DNA of 64,000 nucleotides from Candidatus Omnitrophota bacterium (lineage in GTDB: Bacteria > Omnitrophota > Gorgyraeia > Gygaellales > Profunditerraquicolaceae). The position numbers and the translations under genes were made by a program. The DNA lies in the NCBI GenBank assembly GCA_020058085.1, contig JAGVER010000014.1:33747-97746 (forward strand), given 5' to 3'. Under the pieces are notes generated by a model. The model searched no databases. It was given only the letters and a program-made list of their open reading frames with translations, and was not told the DNA's origin. Shown piece after piece: positions 11,107-20,659 of this stretch (position 1 is the first letter of the stretch; each line of letters opens with the position of its first letter).

Positions 11107-11342
11107 TATTTTTCTTCTTCCTCTTCTTCGAATTTCTCAAGCGTATATTTACCGTCATTTTTCATTAAGGACTCAACCTTACGCTGCGCCTCCTCCAGAA
11201 GAGAAGAACAACTCTGGGAGAGCTTTACCCCTTCCTCGTATTTCTTAAGCGACTCCCCGAGAGTAAGCTTGCCGCTGGATAATTCTTCTACAATCTTCTG
11301 CAGACGCTTTAAATCATCCTCAAATGATTGTTTTTCTTTCAT
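11106..11342 (-). CDS. xseB: exodeoxyribonuclease VII small subunit
   Basis: True start is MKEKQSFEDDLKRLQKIVEEL... (ATG at 11342). The 22 codons upstream in the ORF track are read-through of a repeat element. Confidence 0.7.
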   Translation of the reverse strand: MKEKQSFEDDLKRLQKIVEELSSGKLTLGESLKKYEEGVKLSQSCSSLLEEAQRKVESLMKNDGKYTLEKFEEEEEEK

Positions 11343-11366
11343 CTTATTTCTCCTTGCGCAGAAAGG

Positions 11367-11440
11367 GCACACCGGCAAATCTGCCGCAGTAGGCGGCATA
11401 CCCGCCATTCCAATATGGCGGGGTACATTAAGGCCGGGTG
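11367..11440. repeat. structured intergenic repeat, family 1 copy a (between xseA and xseB)
   Basis: 74-nt near-identical copy of 16794..16867: gcacaccggcaaatctgccgcagtaggcggcatacccgccattccaatatggcggggtacattaaggccgggtg, containing nested inverted repeats. Confidence 0.8.
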
Positions 11441-12676
11441 CTAATTAATTTCATTTTTTATAATCTCCTCAACCTTACTGATAAAACCACCTCTGCTGAG
11501 AATAGTCTTTATTCTATCCCCGGGATTAATCTTAAGCGTATCTTTAACAACAACCCCATCAACCTGCCGCATACTTAAACTATACCCGCGCGACAAAACT
11601 GCCAGAGGGCTAAGCGCTTCCAACCTCTCAATCGACGACCCTAGCCTCTCACGGGTAATATTGATTCTCTGCCGGACATTATTATTCAGGGCTACGGTTA
11701 GCTCATCTAAGAATTGCCCTTTCTCATCAAGGCGATCTGCCGGACTCTTTAAACTATGCTTAAGACGGGTAACTTCATTCTTAAAAGAATTAATTATATT
11801 AAAAACAGAAAAACCCAATTCGTGTTTTAAACCCGCCAATTCGGCTAATAAATGATTCTTCTTGTCCACGATGATCTTAGCAGCAGCCGTAGGAGTTTCA
11901 ACAAAGAGATCCGCCGCTAGATCGCAAAGACTTGTATTTATCTGATGTCCCACAGCCGAAATTATTGGTATCTTGGAATTATATACCGCGCGTGCGCAAA
12001 CCTCTTCATTAAATGCCCAAAGGTCCTCTCTGCTCCCGCCGCCGCGGCTGACAATAATAATGTCGACTGCGCTGGCTTCGCCGGCTTTATTAAACTCATT
12101 GAGTTCTTCTATGCCTTTAGCTATTTCAAGGGCAGCCCCTGTACCCTGTACGCGCACAGAACGTATTATTACGTCTACGCCACTAGCTCCTTTTTTAAGT
12201 ATCCCCAGTATATCGCGGATAGCAGCGCCTGCGCCTGAAGTAACTATGCCTACACTAAAAGGCATAAGTGGGAGTTCTTTTTTCCGCAGAGGATCAAATA
12301 GGCCTTCTTTGGAGAGCCTCTCTTTTAACTGCTCAAATGCCAGTTGCCGAGCCCCTATCCCTTTAGGCTCTATTCTTTCTACGATAAGCTGATATTGTCC
12401 GCGCGGGCCATAAACATCAACCTTGCCAAAACAGATAACCTTAATTCCGTCTTCAAGTTTAAATTTTACTTCTCGGTTTATCCGAGAAAACATTGCCGCG
12501 CTTAAAACAGACTTCTCATCTTTTAAAGAAAAATAAGAATGCCCGGAAGAAGCTGCCTTAAAATTAGAGATCTCTCCCTCAACCCAAACCCCCAATCCAA
12601 AAGTATTCTCAAAAATAACCTCGATCTCTTGGGTAATTTTAGTAACGGTGTAAATATACTTACTTTCCTGCGGCAT
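11441..12676 (-). CDS. xseA: exodeoxyribonuclease VII large subunit
   Basis: OB-fold N terminus (VWVEGEISNFK) and XseA catalytic region. Start trimmed to MPQESK (ATG at 12676). Confidence 0.75.
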   Translation of the reverse strand: MPQESKYIYTVTKITQEIEVIFENTFGLGVWVEGEISNFKAASSGHSYFSLKDEKSVLSAAMFSRINREVKFKLEDGIKVICFGKVDVYGPRGQYQLIVERIEPKGIGARQLAFEQLKERLSKEGLFDPLRKKELPLMPFSVGIVTSGAGAAIRDILGILKKGASGVDVIIRSVRVQGTGAALEIAKGIEELNEFNKAGEASAVDIIIVSRGGGSREDLWAFNEEVCARAVYNSKIPIISAVGHQINTSLCDLAADLFVETPTAAAKIIVDKKNHLLAELAGLKHELGFSVFNIINSFKNEVTRLKHSLKSPADRLDEKGQFLDELTVALNNNVRQRINITRERLGSSIERLEALSPLAVLSRGYSLSMRQVDGVVVKDTLKINPGDRIKTILSRGGFISKVEEIIKNEIN

Positions 12677-14432
12677 CTTTATTCGATTCCTTATCCGTCT
12701 CAAGCGCAGGCGCGACCGAGGCTGGGTCCGGCGCCGGGGGAGCCGGCTTCTTTTTTAATATAATCAAATTTACAGAATAAGGAGTGAGCTTCAAATCTTC
12801 CTGATACAAATCTTGGATAGATATCTCCTTCTCTTCAACCGGCTTAAATTCACAATTTAGACTACAGGAAGAATCAACTATAAAGCGGCTATAAGAATAT
12901 CCCTCCTTGATACCTTTAATGCTAATTTTGAGATTACGGGATGAATCTAGAGACTCTTTAGCCCTATCTGCTAATTCTTGGGACTTATTTAGCAAAACTT
13001 TAACTTTAGGTTCAGCGCGCAATAAGGCTATATCTTGTTCATGCGCAATAAATTTACCTAACTGGCCCGTCCTGATAATCTGCAGTAAAGACTGCCTCTC
13101 GGGGACATTAAGCCCTGCGATGTTTCGGGCAAGATAATTCTTGGCAATCTCGGGATCAATATAATTATAAATGAGAATACAAATTTCATCGGATGACTTT
13201 GTAGCGATAGCCCCGACAAACTCATCATCAATTTTAATCGAGAACGCATTCGAGCCTAGCTTACCCAACATTCTGAATACATTATAGGCAGCTTTATGCC
13301 CTCCCTTATATTGCGCGCGCTCGGAATCAAAATAAAAAACTCCGACATTCCTAGTAACATTCTCTGGATTGTTTCCAAAATCCTCTAAAGAAAAATAAAC
13401 CTGATTATCAAGGCCGGCCTCAAACATATTATTAATGCGTGCCGGTATATAACTTGCCGCAATATAAGACTCGCTTCTCCTTGCAGGTAACAGATTAACA
13501 TCAAGATCAAAATTCCATTCATCTATAATTAAGGACGTATCGCGCTTAAAATTAAAATACGAAAGCCAATCCCGAATAAGCTCCACCGCATTTTTATTAT
13601 ATATAGTGATCTCTTTTTCTGTTTTCGGGTCAGATGAAAAGGCGTGCCAAGTAATAAAATTCAAGGATAGCTTTTCAGAAGAACAGAATTTAATTAATTC
13701 ATAAATTAAGCTCTTTTCAGGGGTAAGAATATTATTACTCTCCAGATTATGAAACCATCCGCTAGGGCTCGGGGCACCCACGGGTATATTAATCTTAAAT
13801 TGGGCCCCTAGTTCTTTTGCGCTTTCAGAGATGACTCTATACATATTGAAATAATCTTGTGTTCGACCAATGAAAAAATCATCTAAATCAGGAGCAGCCC
13901 AGACCTCATACCATATATTATATTTCTTTTCACAACTTAAATATCTCATCGTATCCTTGACTAGCGTCTTAAAAGCCACTAGATTAAGTGGTGCGCTTTT
14001 TTTATCCAATGCTTTACCTAATCCCGCGGGGGTGCCAAATATATCAAGTATAACTGTCCCGCCGGCGTCTGAAATATTTTTTATCGCATCTTCGTAATTA
14101 GCCAGGAGTTTATCTTGTGCCACCTTATCTTTGGCCAGTTGATTAATCTCCCAAAGGTTGTACTGCATACGATAAAGGCTGGCAAAACTTATATCCTTAC
14201 GCCATAGGTCCAAAACATCTTTAGCAGCCAAGCCCTGCGGCCAAAAATTATCATGATGAAAACCTCGCCCTCCCAAATCAATATTGGGCTTAAAAATCGT
14301 AGGAGTAGGTGTAGTACTCGAAGTGATATCTAAGGCGAGTTCAAGGTTAACCTCTTGGGCAAAAAGAGGAGTACAAAAATAAAATAATGAAGCTACTAAG
14401 ACCAATCTTAACAATTGCCGCATCTTAAACAT
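12660..14432 (-). CDS. secreted TIM-barrel glycoside-hydrolase-like protein (GH5/GH39-like), hypothetical
   Basis: Signal peptide MFKMRQLLRLVLVASLFYFCTPLFAQ. YEVWAAPD sits where the WE.WNEP acid/base motif would be, and IIDEWNF is nucleophile-like. Proline-rich C-terminal tail. Confidence 0.3.
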   Translation of the reverse strand: MFKMRQLLRLVLVASLFYFCTPLFAQEVNLELALDITSSTTPTPTIFKPNIDLGGRGFHHDNFWPQGLAAKDVLDLWRKDISFASLYRMQYNLWEINQLAKDKVAQDKLLANYEDAIKNISDAGGTVILDIFGTPAGLGKALDKKSAPLNLVAFKTLVKDTMRYLSCEKKYNIWYEVWAAPDLDDFFIGRTQDYFNMYRVISESAKELGAQFKINIPVGAPSPSGWFHNLESNNILTPEKSLIYELIKFCSSEKLSLNFITWHAFSSDPKTEKEITIYNKNAVELIRDWLSYFNFKRDTSLIIDEWNFDLDVNLLPARRSESYIAASYIPARINNMFEAGLDNQVYFSLEDFGNNPENVTRNVGVFYFDSERAQYKGGHKAAYNVFRMLGKLGSNAFSIKIDDEFVGAIATKSSDEICILIYNYIDPEIAKNYLARNIAGLNVPERQSLLQIIRTGQLGKFIAHEQDIALLRAEPKVKVLLNKSQELADRAKESLDSSRNLKISIKGIKEGYSYSRFIVDSSCSLNCEFKPVEEKEISIQDLYQEDLKLTPYSVNLIILKKKPAPPAPDPASVAPALETDKESNKDAAGK

Positions 14433-15210
14433 TTAACTTTTCCTGAATCCTTAAAATAGAGTGTGCCTTACCGCTTTTATCATCTACGTCTACTACCACC
14501 CCATGCAACTGAATATTTTCTTCCGCTACTTCAAATCTTACCGGAATAGAAGTGAGAAACCGAGTTAAAACATCATCTACTTTTCTGCCAATAACCGAGT
14601 CATATGGCCCGGCCATCCCTACGTCGGTAATGTAAGCTGTGCCTTGAGGCAGAATCCTTTCATCCGCAGTCTGAATATGGGTATGCGTGCCTAAAACAGC
14701 GGAAACTTTTCCGTCGAGATACCAACCTAAAGCCACTTTCTCTGAAGTCGCCTCAGCATGGATATCTACAATAATTATTTTTGTCTCTTTGACTAGCTCT
14801 TCTTGCGCAGCCAATACACTCTTAAAGGGGCATTCCAACGCATCCATAAATACCCTGCCATTAACATTAATCACGCCAAGCTTCTCTCCGGATTTAGTTT
14901 TAAATATACTACTTCCTCTTCCAGGAGCGCCAGCCGGATAATTAAGCGGCCTTAAGATTCTCTCTTCCTGATTAATCAATTCAAATATCTCCTTCTTCTT
15001 CCAAATATGATCCCCGGAAGTCAATACATCCACTCCGGAATTAAATAACTCTTCCGCTACCTTTTGAGTAATGCCTGAACCACCCGAGGAATTTTCGGCA
15101 TTGGCAATTACAAAATCGAGAGAATGCCTTGTTTTCAATATAGGCAGAAGCTTATCCACTGCTTCTCTCCCCGGGCTACCGACTATGTCTCCAATAAATA
15201 GTATTTTCAT
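14425..15210 (-). CDS. ymdB: YmdB-family metallophosphoesterase (TIGR00282, 2',3'-cyclic-nucleotide phosphodiesterase)
   Basis: MKILFIGDIVGSPGR...ANAENSSGGSGIT motif. Sits immediately downstream of rny, as in Bacillus. Confidence 0.75.
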   Translation of the reverse strand: MKILFIGDIVGSPGREAVDKLLPILKTRHSLDFVIANAENSSGGSGITQKVAEELFNSGVDVLTSGDHIWKKKEIFELINQEERILRPLNYPAGAPGRGSSIFKTKSGEKLGVINVNGRVFMDALECPFKSVLAAQEELVKETKIIIVDIHAEATSEKVALGWYLDGKVSAVLGTHTHIQTADERILPQGTAYITDVGMAGPYDSVIGRKVDDVLTRFLTSIPVRFEVAEENIQLHGVVVDVDDKSGKAHSILRIQEKLNV

Positions 15211-15212
15211 CT

Positions 15213-16769
15213 TTACTTAGCATACTCGATCGCGCGAGTCTCTCTAATAACCGTCACCTTAATCTGACCAGGGTATTCCATGCCTTCTTCTATTTTCTTA
15301 CGAATATCCCTAGCCATAGCCGTAGCTTCGCTGTCTGTTATCTTCTCCGGCTGAACAATTACGCGGATCTCGCGGCCAGCCTGAATAGCAAATGATTTAT
15401 CTACCCCTTTAAAAAGATTAGCTATGGCCTCTAATTTTTCAAGCCTCTTGATATATGTTTCTAAGGTTTCCCGCCGAGCTCCCGGGCGAGAGGCGCTTAT
15501 GGCATCTGCGGCTATTGCTAAAACTCCGTAAATACTCTGTATCGGCGCTTCCTCATGATGCGACTCGATTGCTGCTACTACTTCAACAGACTCTCCATAT
15601 TTCTTGGCTAAATCTGCTCCTAACTTAGCATGTGTCCCTTCAACCTGATGATCAACTGCTTTTCCTATATCATGCAAAAGCCCTACTCTCCGCGCTAATT
15701 TAAAATCAAGGCCTAATTCTGTAGCCATCGAGCCCAAAAGAAATGACGCTTCCTTAGAATGCTGAAGAGCGTTTTGGCCAAAACTTGTACGATACTTAAG
15801 CCTACCAAGTAATTTAATTATCTCGGGATGCAGGCCATTTACCCCTGCCTCAAATGCCACGCGCTCTCCTTCTTCGCGTATTTTTTCATCCATCTCTTTC
15901 TTGGTCTTCTCAACTATCTCCTCAATCCTACCCGGATGAATCCTCCCGTCAGCAAGAAGTTTCTCTAAACTTAAACGGGCAATCTCCCTGCGCACAGCAT
16001 CAAAAGCAGATATGGTCACTGCTTCAGGGGTATCATCAATAATTACATCTACACCCGTGGCCATCTCAAAGGCACGAATATTTCTACCTTCGCGGCCAAT
16101 GACCCTTCCCTTCATTTCATCGTTAGGCAGAGCAACTACACTTACCGTAGATTCAACCGTATGTTCAGCCGCGCATTTTTGTATTGCCAGGCTCAAAATT
16201 TCTCTCGCTTTTTTATCCGAGGTAACGCGCAATTCTTCTTCCTGTTTTCTAATTAATGCCGCCTTTTCATTGCTCAACTCTTCATTAAGGCGGCTTAAAA
16301 GAATCTGCTTTGCCTCTTCAGCCGAAAGTGAGGATATTTTTTGCAGCCTTTCTTTTTCTTCAGCAATCAATAAATGTAACTGATTATCCTTGAGCTTCAT
16401 CCCATCTTCCTGCTTTTTAATCCCCTCGTGCTTTAAATCAAGCTCTTTTTCCTTTTTCTCTAAGAGGTCGAGTCTTCTATCAATATTTTCTTCTTTCTGG
16501 GTAAACCTCTTCTCCATATTAGAGATCTCTAAACGCCTATCCTTAGTTTCACGCTCAAAGTCCTGACGCACTCGGTAGAGAAGATCTTTTGCCTCTAGCT
16601 CTGCTTCCCTGCGCTTATCAATTGCTTCTTTTCTTGCTTGTTCTAATATATGTCCTGCTTGAGATTCGGCATCCTGAATTTTCTTTTCAGCCACATGTTT
16701 TCTTAAAACATAGCCGATTGCGGCAGCTATAAAAGCCACAACTATAGATACAATAGCGCTAATCAACAT
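15213..16769 (-). CDS. rny: ribonuclease Y
   Basis: N-terminal TM helix, coiled coil, KH domain and HD domain (LLHDIGKAVDHQVEGTHAKLG). Start trimmed to MLISAIV (ATG at 16769, with GGAGG upstream). Confidence 0.85.
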   Translation of the reverse strand: MLISAIVSIVVAFIAAAIGYVLRKHVAEKKIQDAESQAGHILEQARKEAIDKRREAELEAKDLLYRVRQDFERETKDRRLEISNMEKRFTQKEENIDRRLDLLEKKEKELDLKHEGIKKQEDGMKLKDNQLHLLIAEEKERLQKISSLSAEEAKQILLSRLNEELSNEKAALIRKQEEELRVTSDKKAREILSLAIQKCAAEHTVESTVSVVALPNDEMKGRVIGREGRNIRAFEMATGVDVIIDDTPEAVTISAFDAVRREIARLSLEKLLADGRIHPGRIEEIVEKTKKEMDEKIREEGERVAFEAGVNGLHPEIIKLLGRLKYRTSFGQNALQHSKEASFLLGSMATELGLDFKLARRVGLLHDIGKAVDHQVEGTHAKLGADLAKKYGESVEVVAAIESHHEEAPIQSIYGVLAIAADAISASRPGARRETLETYIKRLEKLEAIANLFKGVDKSFAIQAGREIRVIVQPEKITDSEATAMARDIRKKIEEGMEYPGQIKVTVIRETRAIEYAK

Positions 16770-16793
16770 GGAATTCCTCCTTGAACAGTAAGT

Positions 16794-16867
16794 GCACACC
16801 GGCAAATCTGCCGCAGTAGGCGGCATACCCGCCATTCCAATATGGCGGGGTACATTAAGGCCGGGTG
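16794..16867. repeat. structured intergenic repeat, family 1 copy b (5' leader of rny)
   Basis: Identical 74-nt core to 11367..11440. In mRNA sense it ends 25 nt before the rny ribosome-binding site. Confidence 0.8.
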
Positions 16868-16900
16868 TTAGGAAATAAACTTAAAAGATTTTTGTTGTCT

Positions 16901-17500
16901 TTAAGCGAAGAGGACTTTTTTGACGCTTACATCAGAGGAATTAATAGGAACAACTGGTAAGATTTGCAGTCGATATGCCAAACCAATTGACGGAGTATCT
17001 TTAGGGATCTTGCTTAAGAAGCGGTCGTAATAACCTTTCCCCCGGCCAAGGCGGTTACCCTTCTTATCAAAGGCAACACCCGGGGTAATTACTAAATCCA
17101 AGTCTTTTAAAGCTATAAATCGGCTTGTTACTGGCTCGGATACTCCATAAGGGCCCTTCTTTAGATGCGCAAAACTATCCAAGAGGGCCGGCCTTAAAGA
17201 TGTTCTATTTTTTATACAAACTGGCACGGCAATAATCTTACCTAAACTTTTAGCTGCTTCTATCATCTCTTTAGTTTCAACCTCGCCTTTTAAAGCGATG
17301 TAAAACATCACTCTCTTTGCTTTCTTAAAAACCGACTGTTTAAAAAGTTTCTCCTTAATTAAACAACTTTTTATACTACGGTCCTCCTTCTTCTGTTTTG
17401 ATAACTTGAGTAAGATTTTACTACGTATTTCTTGTTTTGTCAACCCAACTTCCGACTTACAAACACTTCTCGTTTTCATGAGTATGGCCTTTATCCTCAA
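16901..17500 (-). CDS. 5-formyltetrahydrofolate cyclo-ligase
   Basis: 199 aa with the GNRLGRGKGYYDRFL motif of the MTHFS family. Confidence 0.7.
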   Translation of the reverse strand: MRIKAILMKTRSVCKSEVGLTKQEIRSKILLKLSKQKKEDRSIKSCLIKEKLFKQSVFKKAKRVMFYIALKGEVETKEMIEAAKSLGKIIAVPVCIKNRTSLRPALLDSFAHLKKGPYGVSEPVTSRFIALKDLDLVITPGVAFDKKGNRLGRGKGYYDRFLSKIPKDTPSIGLAYRLQILPVVPINSSDVSVKKVLFA

Positions 17501-17894
17501 AAGGAATAGGCTTACCTTGTTTAGTATAATAATCTTTTAAGGCAGAACGCAACGCTTCTTCTGCTAATACCGAACAGTGCATTTTAACCGGCGGAAGCCC
17601 ACCTAATGCCTCGGCTACCGCTTTATTACTAATCTTTAAGGCTTCTTCAATAGTCTTACCTTTGACCATCTCCGTTACCATGGAACTCGTGGCCACAGCC
17701 GCGCCACACCCATACGTCTTAAACTTAATATCAATAATAATATTGTTCTCTATTTTTAAGAACATCTTCATTACATCCCCGCAGATAGGATTCCCGACGG
17801 TGCCGATACCACTGGCATCAGAAATTTCTCCCACATTTCTGGGATTGGTAAAATGATCCATTACTTTTTCGCTATAGGGTAATTGCCCGCTCAT
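17457..17894 (-). CDS. iscU: NifU/IscU-type Fe-S cluster scaffold
   Basis: Motifs NPRNVG, GDVMK, YGCGAA and HCS, with the three conserved Cys. Confidence 0.8.
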   Translation of the reverse strand: MSGQLPYSEKVMDHFTNPRNVGEISDASGIGTVGNPICGDVMKMFLKIENNIIIDIKFKTYGCGAAVATSSMVTEMVKGKTIEEALKISNKAVAEALGGLPPVKMHCSVLAEEALRSALKDYYTKQGKPIPFEDKGHTHENEKCL

Positions 17895-17906
17895 TTTTAC
17901 CTTTTC

Positions 17907-18560
17907 TTATTTTGCTATTAATAACTTATGTGGTTTAGCGGATTTCTTATAATCTTTGGGATTGCGGATTTCTCTAAGAGACTCGAGTTTTTTATTTTTT
18001 TCTAATTCTTTATAAATTAAAACCCAGGCGCAATCCCGTTCGTTATCCACTTCACACTTTCCCTTATTCATCCCTCCGCATGGGCCATTTAAAAGCCCTT
18101 TGGAGCAAAGAGTAACCGGACAAATCCCCGCGGTTAGATCTAAAACACATTCACCACACATAGAACATTTTTCATAGAAATTACCTTTAGTATCCATTAC
18201 TGCGCCAAAGATAGTATTGCAAGCAGGAAATACCACTAGGCCAAATCTATCGTTATCTTTAAATGACTGAACTCCTAAACCACAGGCTAAAACTAAAACC
18301 GCATCTGCCTCGCGCAAGGCCTTCATATTTTTCGCTAGTTCTGCCTTGAGTTTGGCGGCCACGCATGGCGCAGAAGGGATACAGCTTCCGGTTACAGCTT
18401 TCCCGGCGGCCTCTAGATCCTTCTTGATTTTAAGAACCTCTGGTTCCCCTCCGGTCTTACAGGCAGTAGCGCATTCTCCACAGCCGATAATGAATATTTT
18501 AGAGTAGCTTTTTAAGCTATCTATAATACTCTTAATAGGTTTAAGCTCTGTTATAATCAT
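17907..18560 (-). CDS. Cys-rich protein with an MTHFR C-terminal-like zinc-ribbon domain (MetV-like)
   Basis: Cys pairs CGEC, CSMCGEC and an LLNGPCGG motif. Assignment from memory of the MTHFR_C family; moderate confidence. Confidence 0.4.
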   Translation of the reverse strand: MIITELKPIKSIIDSLKSYSKIFIIGCGECATACKTGGEPEVLKIKKDLEAAGKAVTGSCIPSAPCVAAKLKAELAKNMKALREADAVLVLACGLGVQSFKDNDRFGLVVFPACNTIFGAVMDTKGNFYEKCSMCGECVLDLTAGICPVTLCSKGLLNGPCGGMNKGKCEVDNERDCAWVLIYKELEKNKKLESLREIRNPKDYKKSAKPHKLLIAK

Positions 18561-18591
18561 GTAGAAATTTTAGCACTAATCCCGGCCATTC

Positions 18592-20643
18592 TCAAGGAAA
18601 ATAATCCTCCTGGCCGCGGAAATAATCTTTCATCATCTCAAGAAACTCTTGGTCTCTTTTTCTATCTTTAACCGGTTCATCCAGCTGATCATGCTCAAAG
18701 TCGTCTTCTGCTGGCGCTTCTAACTCTACCTTAACTAAATTATTCAATATATTTCCTTCATCTAAAAAGCGGGAGACTTGAGTAAAAACTGACCCGCCGC
18801 CATCCATAAAACCCCGGGGAGATCGGTCAATATGCGGTTTAAGCAAAAATAAATTCTCCTTAGCGCGGGTTGAGGCTACATAAAATAATCGGCGCTCTTC
18901 TTCAATGGCATCTTCGTCTTCAAAGGATAAATATGAAGGCAGATGCCCTTCAGCTACATAAATCATAAATACCGTATGCCATTCTAGGCCCTTGGCTGAA
19001 TGTATTGTAGAAAGAGTAAGCGGGGCATCGTCTTTATCTCTTAATCCCGCCTCAATAATACCCCTCTCCGGAGGCTCTAAGGCAATATCTGTAAGAAACT
19101 CCTCTAAGGATTTATAGCGTCCGGCAATACGCAATAATGAATCCAAATCATTAAAGCGCTTATGAAAATCATCGTATTTATTTTTAAGCAGCGGCTGGTA
19201 ATATTCTAAAAATGCTTCGATAATCTTAGCCGGCTCGCAACAAAGAACGTTAACCTCGCCGAGTAGCTTAAAAAGTTTAGCCACTTCTTCATTCTTACGT
19301 AAGGATAACTCTTTAGTTAAATTTTCTTTATCGCCGATTAGATTAATTATCTTTTCCGCGCCCTTAGGGCCTATTCCGGGGATCAGAAGCAAGGCGCGCA
19401 ACCAACTAACCTGATCTGACCAGTTATAAGCAATACGCAGGTAAGAAATGATATCTTTTATATGAGCTGCCTCAACAAATTTCTGGCCGCCATACTTTAC
19501 AAAAGGTATATTGCGGCTGGCCAACTCTACCTCTAAATCATTAGAATGCCAGCCTGAACGAAATAATATTGCCATATCATTTAACTCTAATCCCTCTTCT
19601 CTTAATTGCAGTATCTTGTCCGCGATATATTTTGACTGCGCGTTTTCATCAGTAGCATCAATAAAGATGGGTTGCTTATCCCCTTTTTTGCGCGTGTAGA
19701 GATTTTTCTTAAAACTCTCTTTGGCCCGGCCAATAACTTTATTGGTAAGATCTAATATCGGCTGGGTTGAGCGGTAATTTTCTTCCAAAGTAATAATTTT
19801 AGCCCCTTTAAATATACGCGGGAATCCCATAATATTCTTAAAATTCGCGCCGCGAAAAGAATAAATACTCTGGGCATCGTCACCCACAACCATAATATTC
19901 TTATTCTCCGAGGCAAGGAGGCAGGCGACATAAGCCTGCAGGTTATTCGTATCCTGATATTCGTCAACCATAATATATTTATATTTTTTAGCTAAAACAA
20001 GGCGTACATCTTGATGGTTAGTAAGGAGGTCTTTTAAATAAACCAGTAGATCATCGTAATCCAAGAGAGATTTGGCGCGCTTATACTTCTGGTATCCATC
20101 GCGGATCTTCTTAATATCTTCGCTAAATTCCATAAACTGCGGGTATTCATCATATAAGACATCGTCTAACTTCTGAGATTTATTAATACTTTTGGATATG
20201 ACTTCCAGTATTGCCTTTTTTCTAGGAAACCTCTTTTCGCCTTTATTAAAACCTAGCTGTGTACGCACCAAATTAATTGTATCTTGCGCATCCGGGGAAT
20301 CAAGAATGGTGAAATTATTAGCTAGCCCTAAAACCGAAGCGTATCTTCTTAAAGTCGCGTTGGCAAAAGAATGAAATGTCCCCCCGGATACTTTAGCGCA
20401 ACGTTCGTCAAGTAATAAGGTTGCGCGCTTAAGCATCTCTTCGGCTGCCCGACGGGTAAAGGTAAGCAGCAATATTTCATCCGGACGCACACCTTTCTCA
20501 ACTAAATATGCTACACGATGTACTAAAACACGAGTTTTCCCGCTTCCTGCTCCGGCAATAACCAAATAAGCGCCCTCAATAGATTCAACTGCCTCTAGCT
20601 GGGCAGGATTAAGTTCTTTTTTATAATCTAATTTTTCTTTCAT
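18592..20643 (-). CDS. UvrD/PcrA/Rep-family ATP-dependent DNA helicase
   Basis: Walker A AGAGSGKTRVL and helicase motifs through the C terminus. Start trimmed to MKEKLDYKK (ATG at 20643); the upstream 70 codons in the ORF track overlap the neighbouring gene. Confidence 0.8.
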   Translation of the reverse strand: MKEKLDYKKELNPAQLEAVESIEGAYLVIAGAGSGKTRVLVHRVAYLVEKGVRPDEILLLTFTRRAAEEMLKRATLLLDERCAKVSGGTFHSFANATLRRYASVLGLANNFTILDSPDAQDTINLVRTQLGFNKGEKRFPRKKAILEVISKSINKSQKLDDVLYDEYPQFMEFSEDIKKIRDGYQKYKRAKSLLDYDDLLVYLKDLLTNHQDVRLVLAKKYKYIMVDEYQDTNNLQAYVACLLASENKNIMVVGDDAQSIYSFRGANFKNIMGFPRIFKGAKIITLEENYRSTQPILDLTNKVIGRAKESFKKNLYTRKKGDKQPIFIDATDENAQSKYIADKILQLREEGLELNDMAILFRSGWHSNDLEVELASRNIPFVKYGGQKFVEAAHIKDIISYLRIAYNWSDQVSWLRALLLIPGIGPKGAEKIINLIGDKENLTKELSLRKNEEVAKLFKLLGEVNVLCCEPAKIIEAFLEYYQPLLKNKYDDFHKRFNDLDSLLRIAGRYKSLEEFLTDIALEPPERGIIEAGLRDKDDAPLTLSTIHSAKGLEWHTVFMIYVAEGHLPSYLSFEDEDAIEEERRLFYVASTRAKENLFLLKPHIDRSPRGFMDGGGSVFTQVSRFLDEGNILNNLVKVELEAPAEDDFEHDQLDEPVKDRKRDQEFLEMMKDYFRGQEDYFP

Positions 20644-20659
20644 AACGAGCCAACAATAA

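Noticed and set aside
11343-11408. N-terminal extension MAGMPPTAADLPVC... on the xseB ORF-track entry, repeated on rny at 16770..16835.
   Set aside because: Identical peptide on two unrelated proteins. It is translation of the family-1 intergenic repeat upstream of the true ATG starts (xseB at 11342, rny at 16769).
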